The position numbers were made by a program, and so were the translations under genes. Positions 45,271-54,724 of a stretch of DNA of 64,000 bases are shown piece by piece. Under the pieces are notes generated by a model that did not search any database, was not told where the DNA came from, and saw only the letters and a list, made by a program, of their open reading frames with translations. The stretch covers positions 11,656-75,655 of the forward strand of contig JBOICI010000036.1 of the NCBI GenBank assembly GCA_050739955.1, read 5' to 3'. The DNA comes from Moraxellaceae bacterium. GTDB lineage: Bacteria; Pseudomonadota; Gammaproteobacteria; Pseudomonadales; Moraxellaceae. Position 1 is the first letter of the stretch; each line of letters starts with the position of its first letter.

Positions 45271-46035
45271 TCACCCAGCAGAAACAAAGCCTCTGATGTA
45301 ACTCTGTGCGGGATAAAATATTTCTTTCCAGTTAGGAATGTCCGATTTTGAAAATTGAATAGAGGCGCCAACCCCCTCAACATTAAAATGCATCCAACAA
45401 AAATTGGTAACGCAAATAATGGCAACAATTTCTTCTTCTTTATCTATATCTTTATTAGTAAATAAAGTTGATCCGAGCCCCCTAGCTGCCCGGCAGTTAC
45501 TTTCCGGAACTGGATCATCAGCAGGCTTGCTTTTAATATAAGCCGCAACGGATGGGTTAAATTTCATGCGATGGGAATCAAAACACTCGACCCTGGAGTA
45601 TCTAGTTAGTCCATAGGCGCTCACATCCAAAATATAATCATCCTGCCCCCTTTCTTTATTGTTTTTCAATTGAGAGTCCACTTCCAACAAAACCCTATTT
45701 CTTATCTCAACCCCACCTGTTACCCCTATATTTATTAGAAACTTCCCAGCCCATTGGCCATTTTTATTTTTTGAGAAAGAGTCTCCTGACGAGAATGAAC
45801 CATAGGCCTCCTCGCCCCCCAAGGGCAGTTGCATTCTCAATGAAACAGACTCGACAACGCCATTTTCGGCAGCAATTCCTTGGCTATAAATGTACTTCCT
45901 GGGAAATAGGAAATTTTTCCCTCCTTTTGAAAAGAGAAATTTTTGGGGATCACTGCCCCCTAGCGGACTAGCCTTATCACACCCCAGCATACTGAATGCA
46001 AAAACTACAACGACTGCAATACTCATAGCTTTCAT
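45271..46035 (-). CDS. orphan lipoprotein in a visibly AT-rich segment
   Basis: Signal peptide plus lipobox MKAMSIAVVVVFAFSMLGC. AGGAAG RBS lies upstream of ATG 46035. The coding region is conspicuously AT-rich compared with all neighbours. The tracked 350-aa ORF extension runs through a terminator and REP units and is rejected. Confidence 0.6.
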   Translation of the reverse strand: MKAMSIAVVVVFAFSMLGCDKASPLGGSDPQKFLFSKGGKNFLFPRKYIYSQGIAAENGVVESVSLRMQLPLGGEEAYGSFSSGDSFSKNKNGQWAGKFLINIGVTGGVEIRNRVLLEVDSQLKNNKERGQDDYILDVSAYGLTRYSRVECFDSHRMKFNPSVAAYIKSKPADDPVPESNCRAARGLGSTLFTNKDIDKEEEIVAIICVTNFCWMHFNVEGVGASIQFSKSDIPNWKEIFYPAQSYIRGFVSAG

Positions 46036-46156
46036 GCCTACCGCTTCCTTACGCTTTCGTTTCCGTACTGCATAACCGGACTTAGTAAATAATCGATCAC
46101 GCGCCGCTCTCCATTCTTTATTTCCACAGAAACAGACATACCCGGCGCCCGCAAGC

Positions 46157-46254
46157 GTAGGTTGGGGTGAGCTTGCGAACCCCAACGTTATCGAATCCTC
46201 CACTGTGCCGAATCGAAGAGCGTTGGGGTGCGGCTTTGCCTTACCCCAACCTAC
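46157..46254. repeat. inverted pair of REP-like units (GTAGGTTGGGGT...CCCCAAC type)
   Basis: 46157-46188 is GTAGGTTGGGGTGAGCTTGCGAACCCCAACG. 46221-46254 is CGTTGGGGTGCGGCTTTGCCTTACCCCAACCTAC, in inverted orientation. This consensus differs from the pair at 43310-43423. Confidence 0.8.
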
Positions 46255-46287
46255 ACCCGTGAAATAATCCGATTCTGCGGCACCCAA

Positions 46288-46316
46288 TAAAAAGCCCCGC
46301 ATTATGCGGGGCTTTT
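46288..46316 (-). terminator. rho-independent terminator downstream of the beta-oxidation operon
   Basis: AAAAAGCCCCGC-ATTAT-GCGGGGCTTTTT, 25 nt after the stop of the 727-aa gene. Confidence 0.85.
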
Positions 46317-46340
46317 TATTCAAGCAGTCAACTTCGGCTA

Positions 46341-48524
46341 TTACTGGAAGGTCTTACCTTCCGCAGCCATCGTTTCCAGCAGCTTAGGCGGCGTGAAACG
46401 ATCACCGTACTTAGCCGCGAACTCCTTTGCCTTGGCAACGAACTCGGGCAGGCCGATGAAGTTGATGTACTGGAGCTGGCCACCGGTCCACGGCGCCATG
46501 CCGATACCGAAGATGGAACCGATATTGGCATCCGGCACATTGCGCAGCACGCCTTCTTCCAGGCAACGAGCGGCTTCAATGGACTGACGGAACAGCAGGC
46601 GTTCCTTCAGTTCTTCGAATTCAGCCGGAGTCGGCTGCGCCTTGTCGGCCTTCATGAAGTGCTCTTTCAGACCGGGCCACAGCACCTTCTTGCCACCTTC
46701 CGGATAATCGTAGAAGCCAGCGCCGTCTTTCTTGCCGGGACGCTTGAACTCGTCGCACATACGGTCAACCACAACTTCTGCCGGATGCGGCACATACTCT
46801 TTGCCTTCCGCCTTGAGGTCGGCAATGGTCTGCGCGCGCACCTTGCGGCCAAGCTCGAGGTTCACTTCATCCATCACGGCGAGCGGACCGACCGGCATGC
46901 CGGCTTGCGCGGCGGCCTGTTCGATGGACTGCGGGTTCCAGCCTTCGCCGAGCATGGCGACGCCTTCGAAGCAGAACATGCCGAACACGCGCGAGGTGAA
47001 GAAGCCACGGCTGTCGTTGACGACAATCGGGGTCTTCTTGATCTGCAGCACGTAGTCGAATGCCTTGGCCAGAGTTTCATCCGAGGTTTCTGCGCCGCAG
47101 ATGATTTCCACCAGCGGCATCTTGTCGACGGGCGAGAAGAAGTGCAGGCCGATAAAGTTCTTGGCGTTCTTGGAAGCCTTGGCAAGACCGGTAATGGGCA
47201 GCGTGGAGGTGTTGGAAGCCATCACCAGTTCAGCGCCTGTTACGGCTTCGGTCTTCTTGGTGACGTCAGCTTTGATTTCGCGATTTTCAAACACGGCTTC
47301 GATCACGAGATCGCAACCGGCCAGATCAGCAAAATTGTCGGTAGCGGTGATCAGGGCCAGCTTGGCATCAGCGGCTTCTTTGGTCATGGCGCCCTTGGAA
47401 ACGCGCTTGGCCAGCAGCTTTTCGCTGTAGGCCTTACCGTTCTTGGCGGCATCCAGATTCACATCAAGCAGCACGACTTCAATACCGGCAATCGCAGCGG
47501 ACTGATAGGCAATACCTGCGCCCATCATGCCGGCGCCGAGCACGCCCACTTTCTTGCTCTTCCACACCGGGAAGGCTTCTTTGGAAGGACGCGAGCCGCC
47601 GCCATTGATCTTCTGCAGATCGAAGAAGAAAGCCTTGATCATGTTCTTGGCGTGCTTGCCGACCGCGAGGCTGGTGAAGTAACGGCCTTCGATCTTGAGC
47701 GCGCTGTCGAAATCAACCTGTGCGCCTTCTACCGCGGCAGACATGATGGCCTTAGGCGCCGGGTAGTTGTCCTGAGCACCCTTCAACTGCTTACGCAGAT
47801 TGGCCGGGAAAGCTGGCAGATTGGCAGCAAATGCCGGGGTGGACGGTGTGCCACCGGGCATCTTGTAACCCTTCACATCCCAAGGCTGCTGGGCGGTGGG
47901 ATTGGCCTTGATGAAGGCACGAGCCTTCTCGAACATTTCTTCCGGGGTTTCAGCGAGCTCGTTGATGAGGCCCACTTCTTTGGCCTTGGCCGGCTTCATG
48001 CGTGCGCCCTGCATCAGCACATTCATGAGCGCATTCTGGATGCCGAGCATACGCACGGTACGCACCACACCACCGCCACCGGGCAGCAGGCCGAGAGACA
48101 CTTCCGGCAGACCGAATTCGGCCTTGGGATTGTTCAGGGCAACGCGGTAATGCGTGGCGAGAGCGATTTCCAGACCACCGCCGAGAGCGGTGCCATTGAG
48201 CGCGGCCACAACGGGCTTGCCCAGTGTTTCCAGAGCGCGCAGCTGACGCTTGATTTCGGTCACGCCGTCTTCAAATTTCTGGGCCTGATCAGGCTGGGCC
48301 TGGATCAGATCGCGCAGATCGCCACCGGCGAAAAAAGTCTTCTTAGCGGAGGTGAGGATGACGCCGGCGATGCTGTCTTTTTCAGCGTGCAGACGGGCAA
48401 CGGTTTCAGCCATGGACTTGCCGTAGAGCTCGTTCATGGTGTTGGCGGACTGGTTGGGATCGTCCAGGGTCAGCGTGACGATATTGTCAGCGTCTTTTTC
48501 CCAACGGATTGCGGACTGGCTCAT
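46341..48524 (-). CDS. multifunctional fatty-acid oxidation protein (enoyl-CoA hydratase / 3-hydroxyacyl-CoA dehydrogenase)
   Basis: N-terminal crotonase domain (FFAGGDL, ALNGTALGGGLEIALA) plus the NAD-binding 3-HCDH domain (VGVLGAGMMGAGIA). The start is set at ATG 48524 (MSQSAIRW), with GGAG upstream. Confidence 0.9.
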   Translation of the reverse strand: MSQSAIRWEKDADNIVTLTLDDPNQSANTMNELYGKSMAETVARLHAEKDSIAGVILTSAKKTFFAGGDLRDLIQAQPDQAQKFEDGVTEIKRQLRALETLGKPVVAALNGTALGGGLEIALATHYRVALNNPKAEFGLPEVSLGLLPGGGGVVRTVRMLGIQNALMNVLMQGARMKPAKAKEVGLINELAETPEEMFEKARAFIKANPTAQQPWDVKGYKMPGGTPSTPAFAANLPAFPANLRKQLKGAQDNYPAPKAIMSAAVEGAQVDFDSALKIEGRYFTSLAVGKHAKNMIKAFFFDLQKINGGGSRPSKEAFPVWKSKKVGVLGAGMMGAGIAYQSAAIAGIEVVLLDVNLDAAKNGKAYSEKLLAKRVSKGAMTKEAADAKLALITATDNFADLAGCDLVIEAVFENREIKADVTKKTEAVTGAELVMASNTSTLPITGLAKASKNAKNFIGLHFFSPVDKMPLVEIICGAETSDETLAKAFDYVLQIKKTPIVVNDSRGFFTSRVFGMFCFEGVAMLGEGWNPQSIEQAAAQAGMPVGPLAVMDEVNLELGRKVRAQTIADLKAEGKEYVPHPAEVVVDRMCDEFKRPGKKDGAGFYDYPEGGKKVLWPGLKEHFMKADKAQPTPAEFEELKERLLFRQSIEAARCLEEGVLRNVPDANIGSIFGIGMAPWTGGQLQYINFIGLPEFVAKAKEFAAKYGDRFTPPKLLETMAAEGKTFQ

Positions 48525-48550
48525 TATGTATTCTCCAAATTCTCGTGGGA

Positions 48551-49765
48551 TCAGACGCGTTCGATGATGGTGGCAATGCCCATGCCGCCGCCTACGCACA
48601 GAGTGCACAGGGCGCGCTTGAGATTGCGACGCTCGAGTTCATCCAGCACGATCTGCACGATCATGCAGCCGGTGGCGCCGAGCGGGTGGCCCATGGCAAT
48701 GGAGCCGCCGTTCACGTTAACGATGTCGTCTTTGATGCCCATGTCTTTCATGAAACGCATGGCGACAGCAGCGAAGGCTTCGTTGATTTCCCAGAGGTCG
48801 ATGTCCTTGGCGGTGAGGCCGGCTTTCGCCAGTGCCTTCTTCGCGGCAGGAGCTGGACCGGTGAGCATGATGGTGGGATCAGCGCCGGAAACGGCGGTGG
48901 CGATGATCTTGGCGCGGGCTTTCAGGCCCAGCTTCTTGCCAGCGGCTTCGGAGCCGATAAGCATGAGAGCGGCGCCATCCACGATGCCGGAGGAGTTACC
49001 CGGTGTGTGCACGTGATCGATCTTTTCGACCCAGTTGTACTTCTGCAGGGCGACAGCGTTGAAGCCGCCCATTTCACCCATCACGGCGAAAGAAGGATTC
49101 AGGCCGCCCAGCGATTCCACGGTGGACTTGGGCTTGATGAACTCGTCCTGATCCAGAATGGTGAGGCCGTTCATGTCTTTCACCGGCACCAGCGACTTGT
49201 TGAACCAGCCTTCAGCACGGGCCTTGGCGGCGCGCTGATTGGACTGGGCAGCAAATGCATCGACATCGGTACGCGAAAAGCCTTCGATGGTGGCGATCAG
49301 ATCAGCGCCTATGCCCTGGGGCACGAAACCGGTCTGCAGATTGGTGGCCGGGTCCATGGCCCAAGCGCCACCGTCGGAGCCCATGGGCACGCGGCTCATG
49401 GATTCCACACCGCCAACCACAACGAGATCTTCAAAACCGGAACGGATCTTCATGGCGCCGAGATTCACGGCTTCAAGGCCGGAAGCGCAGAAACGGTTCA
49501 GCTGCACGCCGGCAGTCTGGTCAGGCCAGCCAGCCTTGAGCACGGCAGTCTTGGCAATGTCGGCACCCTGGTCGCCCACGGGGCCCACGCAACCCAGCAC
49601 CACGTCATCGACATGATTCTTGATCTCGACGCCATTGCGCTCTTCCAGCGCATGCAGCAGACCAACTACCAGATCCACGGGCTTTACGGTGTGCAGCGAG
49701 CCGTCTTTCTTGCCTTTGCCGCGGGGGGTACGAACCCCGTCGAAAATATACGCTTCAGTTGTCAT
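48551..49765 (-). CDS. acetyl-CoA C-acyltransferase (3-ketoacyl-CoA thiolase)
   Basis: Thiolase motifs are present: active-site Cys context ([12 protein letters not shown]), [17 protein letters not shown], and the C-terminal CVGGGMGIA. Confidence 0.9.
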   Translation of the reverse strand: MTTEAYIFDGVRTPRGKGKKDGSLHTVKPVDLVVGLLHALEERNGVEIKNHVDDVVLGCVGPVGDQGADIAKTAVLKAGWPDQTAGVQLNRFCASGLEAVNLGAMKIRSGFEDLVVVGGVESMSRVPMGSDGGAWAMDPATNLQTGFVPQGIGADLIATIEGFSRTDVDAFAAQSNQRAAKARAEGWFNKSLVPVKDMNGLTILDQDEFIKPKSTVESLGGLNPSFAVMGEMGGFNAVALQKYNWVEKIDHVHTPGNSSGIVDGAALMLIGSEAAGKKLGLKARAKIIATAVSGADPTIMLTGPAPAAKKALAKAGLTAKDIDLWEINEAFAAVAMRFMKDMGIKDDIVNVNGGSIAMGHPLGATGCMIVQIVLDELERRNLKRALCTLCVGGGMGIATIIERV

Positions 49766-50133
49766 GGACGTTCCTCGTTTTATCGGGGTTCACGGGGGGC
49801 AAAACCAGCATTGGCCGGCCTTTCCGCGGGGGAAAAGCATACGCCAGGCCGGAGGCCATTTGTGGGCTGCAACCATGCTCCCGGCACGATGAGCGGACAA
49901 TGACGCATGTGTTCAAAAGCATTGACCAAAGCACTCAGGCCCCAGAGCCTGCGCGGCTCCCGGGCCAGCACGGCCGGACCGCATGCGGCCGATCCTGATT
50001 AGCCCTTGATCAGACGCGTGTTGAAGGCATGTAGAGGGTTTGCTGATGCCGGCAGACCTGCTATTCAAGGAGAGCGCATTTTCAATGCAATCGCCTTGAG
50101 CTGATATGGCGCCAAAAGAATAAGGAATTCGAC

Positions 50134-51903
50134 ATGGGCTCAACGACCGAGCCAGGCAAGCAGGTGGATGCGCGGACAGTACTGGCTGAGTGCCCCCTGT
50201 TTGCCGGACTGAATCACGACGCCGTAGACAGGTTGGCGGCAGAAGCACAGGCCGTGCGACTGGAGGCCGGCGAAACCCTGTTTGCCGCCGGCGATGTGGC
50301 GGAAACGCTTTATATCGTTGCCACCGGGCGCCTGCGCGCCATCTTCCCGGATGGCCGTATTGCTGGTGACATTGCCCGGCTAGAGCCTTTGGGGGAAATA
50401 GGCCTGCTTACCGGCGACCGCCGCAGCGCCAGCGTGCACGCCCTGCGCGACAGCCTGCTCTTCGCCTTCAGCCGAAAGTCCTTTCACGCTTTTGCCATGG
50501 GCGAGCCAGCGGCCTTTATGGCCATCACCAAGGTCATCATCGACCGCATGCGTGAGCCCGGCCGCGAAACCCGGCTGCGCGCCGCACGCAAGATACGCAC
50601 GCTGGCGGTGCTGGCGGCCACGCCGGAAGTTGATGGTCCCGCCTTTGCCGCCCAGCTCGATGACGCCTTAGGCGGCAATACCCTGCTCATCGGCCACGAG
50701 CATGCCGAGCGCGCTGGCCTTGCTGACAATCTCGATGCCCTGCATGCGTGGATGAGCCAGTTGGAGTTCACGCACAAACAGGTGATTTACGACGCTACCG
50801 GCCCCACGAACTGGATACGCGCCGTGCTGCGTCAGGCTGATCGTATTCTGGTGGTGGCCGATGCCACCGCGGCCGCCTCCCCCGCCTTTGCCTGCGATGC
50901 CCTGCAGGCGGCCGATCCGCGTTCTTCCATCGAACTTGTGCTGCTGCGGCGCGAGGGCGACGGCGCGCTCTGCACCTTGAGCTGGAAAGCGGAATTGCGT
51001 GCGCAAAGCCATTATTTTGTGCGCCCGAATCATGCCGCGGATATCAGCAGCCTCGCCCGCCAACTCACCGGCTACGGTGTCGGCCTTGTGCTGGGCGGCG
51101 GCGGTGCCCGCGGCTTTGCGCATGTGGGTTTAATTCGGGCCCTGAATGAACTGAAAATTTCCGTGGATGTCTGCGGTGGTGCCAGCATGGGCGCCTATAT
51201 CGCCGCCCTGCATGCCAGCGGCCGTGATGTGCAGAATATTACCGAAGCACTGCAAGACACCTTCATGCGGCGCAAGCTGCTCAATGATTACCGCCTGCCC
51301 TTTGTCTCACTGATTGCCGGGCAGAAATTCCGCCGTCATCTGCATAGCGTGTTTGGTGATTTACGCATCGAGCATATGGGCACGCCGTTTTTCTGCGTTT
51401 CCACCAATCTCACCCATGCGCGCGCCGAAGTGCATAACGAAGGCGTAGTGGCCGATTGGCTCGCGGCCAGTATGTGCATCCCCGGCCTGGCCCCGCCCGT
51501 GGCGTGGCAGGGCAGCCTGCTTTGCGATGGCGCCGTGGTGAACAGCCTGCCTACGGATGTGATGCAGAATCTCGGGCGCGGCGTGATTGTGGCCAGCGAT
51601 GTTTCCAATGAAGGCGCGATTGCCGCACCGCATGCACAAGGCCCGGATCCGGATTTTCTCGCCGTGCACAAACGCCATGCCGACGGCCGCCGCGTGAGCC
51701 TGAAAGACGTGCTCTTTCGCACCACCTCGCTGGGCTCGGAAAGCGGCATGGCCGCCCGCGCCGAACGCGCCGATCTCTATCTGCGCATGCCTGTAGGCCA
51801 TATCGGCACCTTCGACTGGCCGCTGTTCGACGATATTATCCAGCGCGGTTATGAATTCGCGATGGAGAAATTGCCGCCGCTACTGGAGAAGCTGGAGCCC
51901 TGA
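50134..51903 (+). CDS. cyclic-nucleotide-binding-domain / patatin-like phospholipase fusion (NTE/RssA-like)
   Basis: N-terminal cNMP-binding fold (LFAGL..GETLFAAGD..LYIVATGRLR..GEIGLLTGDRRSASVHA). Patatin motifs are present: GGGGARGFAHVG, GxSxG (GASMG), and the catalytic DGA (CDGAVVNSLP). Confidence 0.85.
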   Translation: MGSTTEPGKQVDARTVLAECPLFAGLNHDAVDRLAAEAQAVRLEAGETLFAAGDVAETLYIVATGRLRAIFPDGRIAGDIARLEPLGEIGLLTGDRRSASVHALRDSLLFAFSRKSFHAFAMGEPAAFMAITKVIIDRMREPGRETRLRAARKIRTLAVLAATPEVDGPAFAAQLDDALGGNTLLIGHEHAERAGLADNLDALHAWMSQLEFTHKQVIYDATGPTNWIRAVLRQADRILVVADATAAASPAFACDALQAADPRSSIELVLLRREGDGALCTLSWKAELRAQSHYFVRPNHAADISSLARQLTGYGVGLVLGGGGARGFAHVGLIRALNELKISVDVCGGASMGAYIAALHASGRDVQNITEALQDTFMRRKLLNDYRLPFVSLIAGQKFRRHLHSVFGDLRIEHMGTPFFCVSTNLTHARAEVHNEGVVADWLAASMCIPGLAPPVAWQGSLLCDGAVVNSLPTDVMQNLGRGVIVASDVSNEGAIAAPHAQGPDPDFLAVHKRHADGRRVSLKDVLFRTTSLGSESGMAARAERADLYLRMPVGHIGTFDWPLFDDIIQRGYEFAMEKLPPLLEKLEP

Positions 51904-52010
51904 TGTTTTCTTTTTGACCCTTGCAGATCGGGCTTTACCGAAGTGTGTTTTAACTTTCCCTTTGCCTGCCATAGCACCCTGCATCCGTGCTCTGGGCATT
52001 TGCTTACCCT

Positions 52011-52291
52011 TTGCCCGGGAGTGCGGGGATTTATGTACTGTCGGGGATTCGGTGAAGTGCTTCGATGGGGTTGCACCGGCTGTTTATTATTAAAAGGGAT
52101 TGCGCCCTGCCGGCGGGGCCTCACTTTCCTTTGGATCGCCAAAGGAAAGTAAGCAAAGGAAAGGCGACTCCTGCGGAGAGCTGGTTAGTTGGCTCTGTCC
52201 TCTCTTGTAGCTGATTTTGTCCGGGCGGTGCTCGCGCGTTCGCGACTCGCGATTACCTTCTGTTTTCTTGCCTTAATCAGGGCCGTAGGTG
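52011..52291 (+). repeat. ~280-bp interspersed intergenic repeat, copy B
   Basis: See copy A (44425-44700). The block order and orientation are the same. Confidence 0.85.
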
Positions 52292-52399
52292 CAGAGGCCC
52301 CGTGCCTTATAAGAGGCCCATTGCTCTGCACTTTTATTCTGCTCTTCACTCTGCGGAGTAGTGGCGCAATCAAAAAAATGCAGGGGCTTTTAGTAAGCC

Positions 52400-52427
52400 A
52401 AAAAAAGGCGCCACAAGGGCGCCTTTT
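52400..52427 (-). terminator. rho-independent terminator downstream of the Usp gene
   Basis: AAAAAAAGGCGCC-ACAA-GGGCGCCTTTT. Confidence 0.8.
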
Positions 52428-52442
52428 CCATAAGCCCAAGCA

Positions 52443-53324
52443 TCAGTTGGGATCAAAATAATCCTGCGGCCGCAACAAGAGCACATCGCAGTCCACTCGC
52501 GGCAATACATCCTCTGCCGTATTCCCCAACCAGAATGCCGAGAAGCCCTTGCGCGCCACCGTGCCCAGCAGCAGGCAATCCACATTTTCTGTTTTCACCA
52601 AATCGGGCAACACCAGATCAGGGCGGCCCGCCGAAATACGCAAGACAGCTTCTGCCAGACCGAAGGCCGTCACCTGCTGCGTCAGATTTTCGCGATAACC
52701 CGCCTCCAGATCAGTGCTCACATAGCTGGCGGCATAGGCATCGCCCATCAGCGGCACCAGCTCCACCGGATTGGGTAGTGCTGAAAGCACGCGTGCTTCG
52801 CCCTGGAATTTCAGCGTGAGCGCTATCAGATGTTCGAGCACCGCCTGATTGAGCAGTTTGTGCGGCGCATCGGCAGCACCCGCACCAAGAGCGGCAGCAA
52901 AACGACGTGGTGCTTTTTCGCGCCGTGCCAAGAGCAAAGGACAAGGCAGTTGGCGCAACAAAGGCTTGAGATCAGGGCCACTTTCACACTGACCCACGCA
53001 GAGCAGATCGGCTTCGAGACGTCGGGCCTCATGCAGCACTGTCTCGGCCCAGGTGGTGGTGGCCACTACAGTGTGGCCGGTGCCAGCCGGCGCAGCCGCC
53101 AGCAGCGTCTCCAGCCAGCGCCCACCCTGACTTTCCGCATTGCGGGCCGCCATGTCGGCCAGCCCTTCTGCCAGCTGCAGTCCCTCTTTCACATCCGGCG
53201 GCACGGGCAACAACACTTCCAGTCGTGCACCCAGCACCTGTGCCCAGGCTCGCGCCTGGCTCCATACCGGCTGCTGCTCTTTTCCAGGCTGCAGCACAAC
53301 CACCAGCGTCTTGATAGGCAACAT
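52443..53324 (-). CDS. tandem universal stress protein (UspA-family, two domains)
   Basis: Two Usp-like halves are present, with a C-terminal G..G.....LGNTAEDVL..V.CDVLLL motif. The start ATG at 53324 has GGAGAG upstream. Confidence 0.75.
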   Translation of the reverse strand: MLPIKTLVVVLQPGKEQQPVWSQARAWAQVLGARLEVLLPVPPDVKEGLQLAEGLADMAARNAESQGGRWLETLLAAAPAGTGHTVVATTTWAETVLHEARRLEADLLCVGQCESGPDLKPLLRQLPCPLLLARREKAPRRFAAALGAGAADAPHKLLNQAVLEHLIALTLKFQGEARVLSALPNPVELVPLMGDAYAASYVSTDLEAGYRENLTQQVTAFGLAEAVLRISAGRPDLVLPDLVKTENVDCLLLGTVARKGFSAFWLGNTAEDVLPRVDCDVLLLRPQDYFDPN

Positions 53325-53494
53325 ATCGTCTCTCCCTGAAGCTGAAAAAATCCTGTCTGATCCCAACAATACTGTCCGCCGCCAGCCTGCAACAGCCCCG
53401 GCATACAAAGCCGCTGCGGCTGGGGCATTTAGTCCAAGGCATAGAGGCGGCCAAGCCGTTATGATGAAAGCTCTCCCGTTGCGAGTAAGCCGCC

Positions 53495-54277
53495 ATGAAC
53501 GAGACTCGCCCTGCAGTTGTCATATTGCATCGCCAAGGCAGTAGCAGTTGTGCCGAATGCGCTCTCAATCCGGTTTGCCTGCCTCCGGCAGTGGCAGAGG
53601 CGGACCTGGACCAACTGGAGAACATCATAGAGCGCCGCCGCCCGCTACCGCGAGGCAGCCAGCTTTTCCAGCAGGGCGATACCTTCAATGCGGTCTATGC
53701 CGTGCGTTCCGGTGGCATCAAGACCTGCATCACCGGCCCTGACGGTGCTGAGCAGATCACCGGCTTCTATCTGCCGGGCGAAATCGTGGGGCTGGACGGC
53801 ATTGCCAATGGCCACCATGGCGTCACTGCCACCGTGCTCGAAAGCACTGCTGTCTGCACCATCCCCTTCAGCCGTCTGGAAGCCCTGACCAGCCGACTGC
53901 CCGGCCTGCAACATCATCTCTTTACCTTGCTCAGTCGCGAGATACAGGCTGACCAGCAACTGCTGCTCCTGCTCGGCAAGCGCTCGGCCGAGGCTAGACT
54001 CGCCGCCTTTCTGCTCTCCTTGTCTACGCGCCATCAACGCCGCGGCCTGTCCGGCCGGCGTTTCCTGCTGCCGATGTCGCGCACCGACATCGGCAACCAT
54101 CTGGGCCTGGCCATAGAAACGGTGAGTCGTCTTTTTACACGATTGCAACAAAGTGGCGTGCTGGCCGCGGAAGGCAAAGACATCACGCTGCTGGACAGCT
54201 CAGCGCTCTGCCTACTGGCTGAACCAGCGGCAGAATGCGCCGACGAAGCCGGAAAGCGGGTCCGCCAACTGTCTTGA
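53495..54277 (+). CDS. fnr: FNR/ANR-type oxygen-sensing Crp-family regulator
   Basis: N-terminal Cys cluster C-x2-C-x5-C (SSCAECALNPVC) plus an internal Cys (AVCTI). A cNMP-like beta-roll is present, and the C-terminal HTH reads SRTDIGNHLGLAIETVSRLF, with the E--SR recognition motif of FNR. Confidence 0.85.
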   Translation: MNETRPAVVILHRQGSSSCAECALNPVCLPPAVAEADLDQLENIIERRRPLPRGSQLFQQGDTFNAVYAVRSGGIKTCITGPDGAEQITGFYLPGEIVGLDGIANGHHGVTATVLESTAVCTIPFSRLEALTSRLPGLQHHLFTLLSREIQADQQLLLLLGKRSAEARLAAFLLSLSTRHQRRGLSGRRFLLPMSRTDIGNHLGLAIETVSRLFTRLQQSGVLAAEGKDITLLDSSALCLLAEPAAECADEAGKRVRQLS

Positions 54278-54324
54278 CCCTGCAAATAGGGGGGGTCAAG
54301 ATGCCTGCAGTTTCATAGCCGCAG

Positions 54325-54654
54325 ATGACCACAGCCAAGACCATGCAAGCAGCCTCCCGCTTCAACAATTTTGCCGAGTTTTATCCCTACTATCTGAGCG
54401 AACACTCGGACCGCACCAACCGTCGCCTGCACTTCATCGGCACCAGCATTGTCATCGTCCTTGTCGCCTGCGCTCTGCTGCTGGGCAGCTCATGGCTGTG
54501 GTGGGCCGTACCCATTGCCGGCTACGGCTTTGCCTGGGTTGGTCATTTTTTCTTCGAAAAGAATCGCCCGGCCACATTTCAGCACCCTTTTTACAGCCTC
54601 TGGGGTGATTTTGTGATGTACAAAGATATGCTCACGGGCAAAATCGCTTTCTGA
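54325..54654 (+). CDS. DUF962 (Mpo1-like) membrane protein
   Basis: FAEFYPYYLSEH..NRRLHFIGT..GYGFAWVGHFFFEKNRPATFQHP is the DUF962 signature. Confidence 0.75.
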   Translation: MTTAKTMQAASRFNNFAEFYPYYLSEHSDRTNRRLHFIGTSIVIVLVACALLLGSSWLWWAVPIAGYGFAWVGHFFFEKNRPATFQHPFYSLWGDFVMYKDMLTGKIAF

Positions 54655-54724
54655 AATTTGCTGCTTCCTGTTTTTCTGGCCACTTGCCGGAATTTGGCGC
54701 CAACCCGAGGCTGACCTGCTCTCC

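Noticed and set aside
44856-45428. Overlapping 146-aa (+) and 180-aa (-) ORFs in the GC-rich hairpin array.
   Set aside because: Both are Arg/Gly/Pro-rich read-throughs of palindromic DNA, have no RBS, and exclude each other. The minus-strand ORF also overlaps the 3' end of the lipoprotein gene out of frame.
46036-46323. N-terminal extension of the lipoprotein ORF (the tracked 350-aa version).
   Set aside because: The extension reads through a REP pair (46157-46254) and a strong terminator (46288-46316). The signal peptide and lipobox begin at ATG 46035, which has an RBS.
46659-49016. 785-aa ORF on the plus strand spanning the beta-oxidation operon.
   Set aside because: It is antisense to two genes with clear thiolase and hydratase/dehydrogenase motifs and it crosses their intergenic junction. 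It has no motifs of its own. It is a GC-rich antisense artefact.
53357-53370. FNR-box-like sequence CTGATCCCAACAAT in the usp-fnr divergent region.
   Set aside because: With the required N4 spacing the second half-site is ACAAT against the ATCAA consensus, a poor match. The better half-site needs N3 spacing. The site is also only about 33 nt from the usp start codon.
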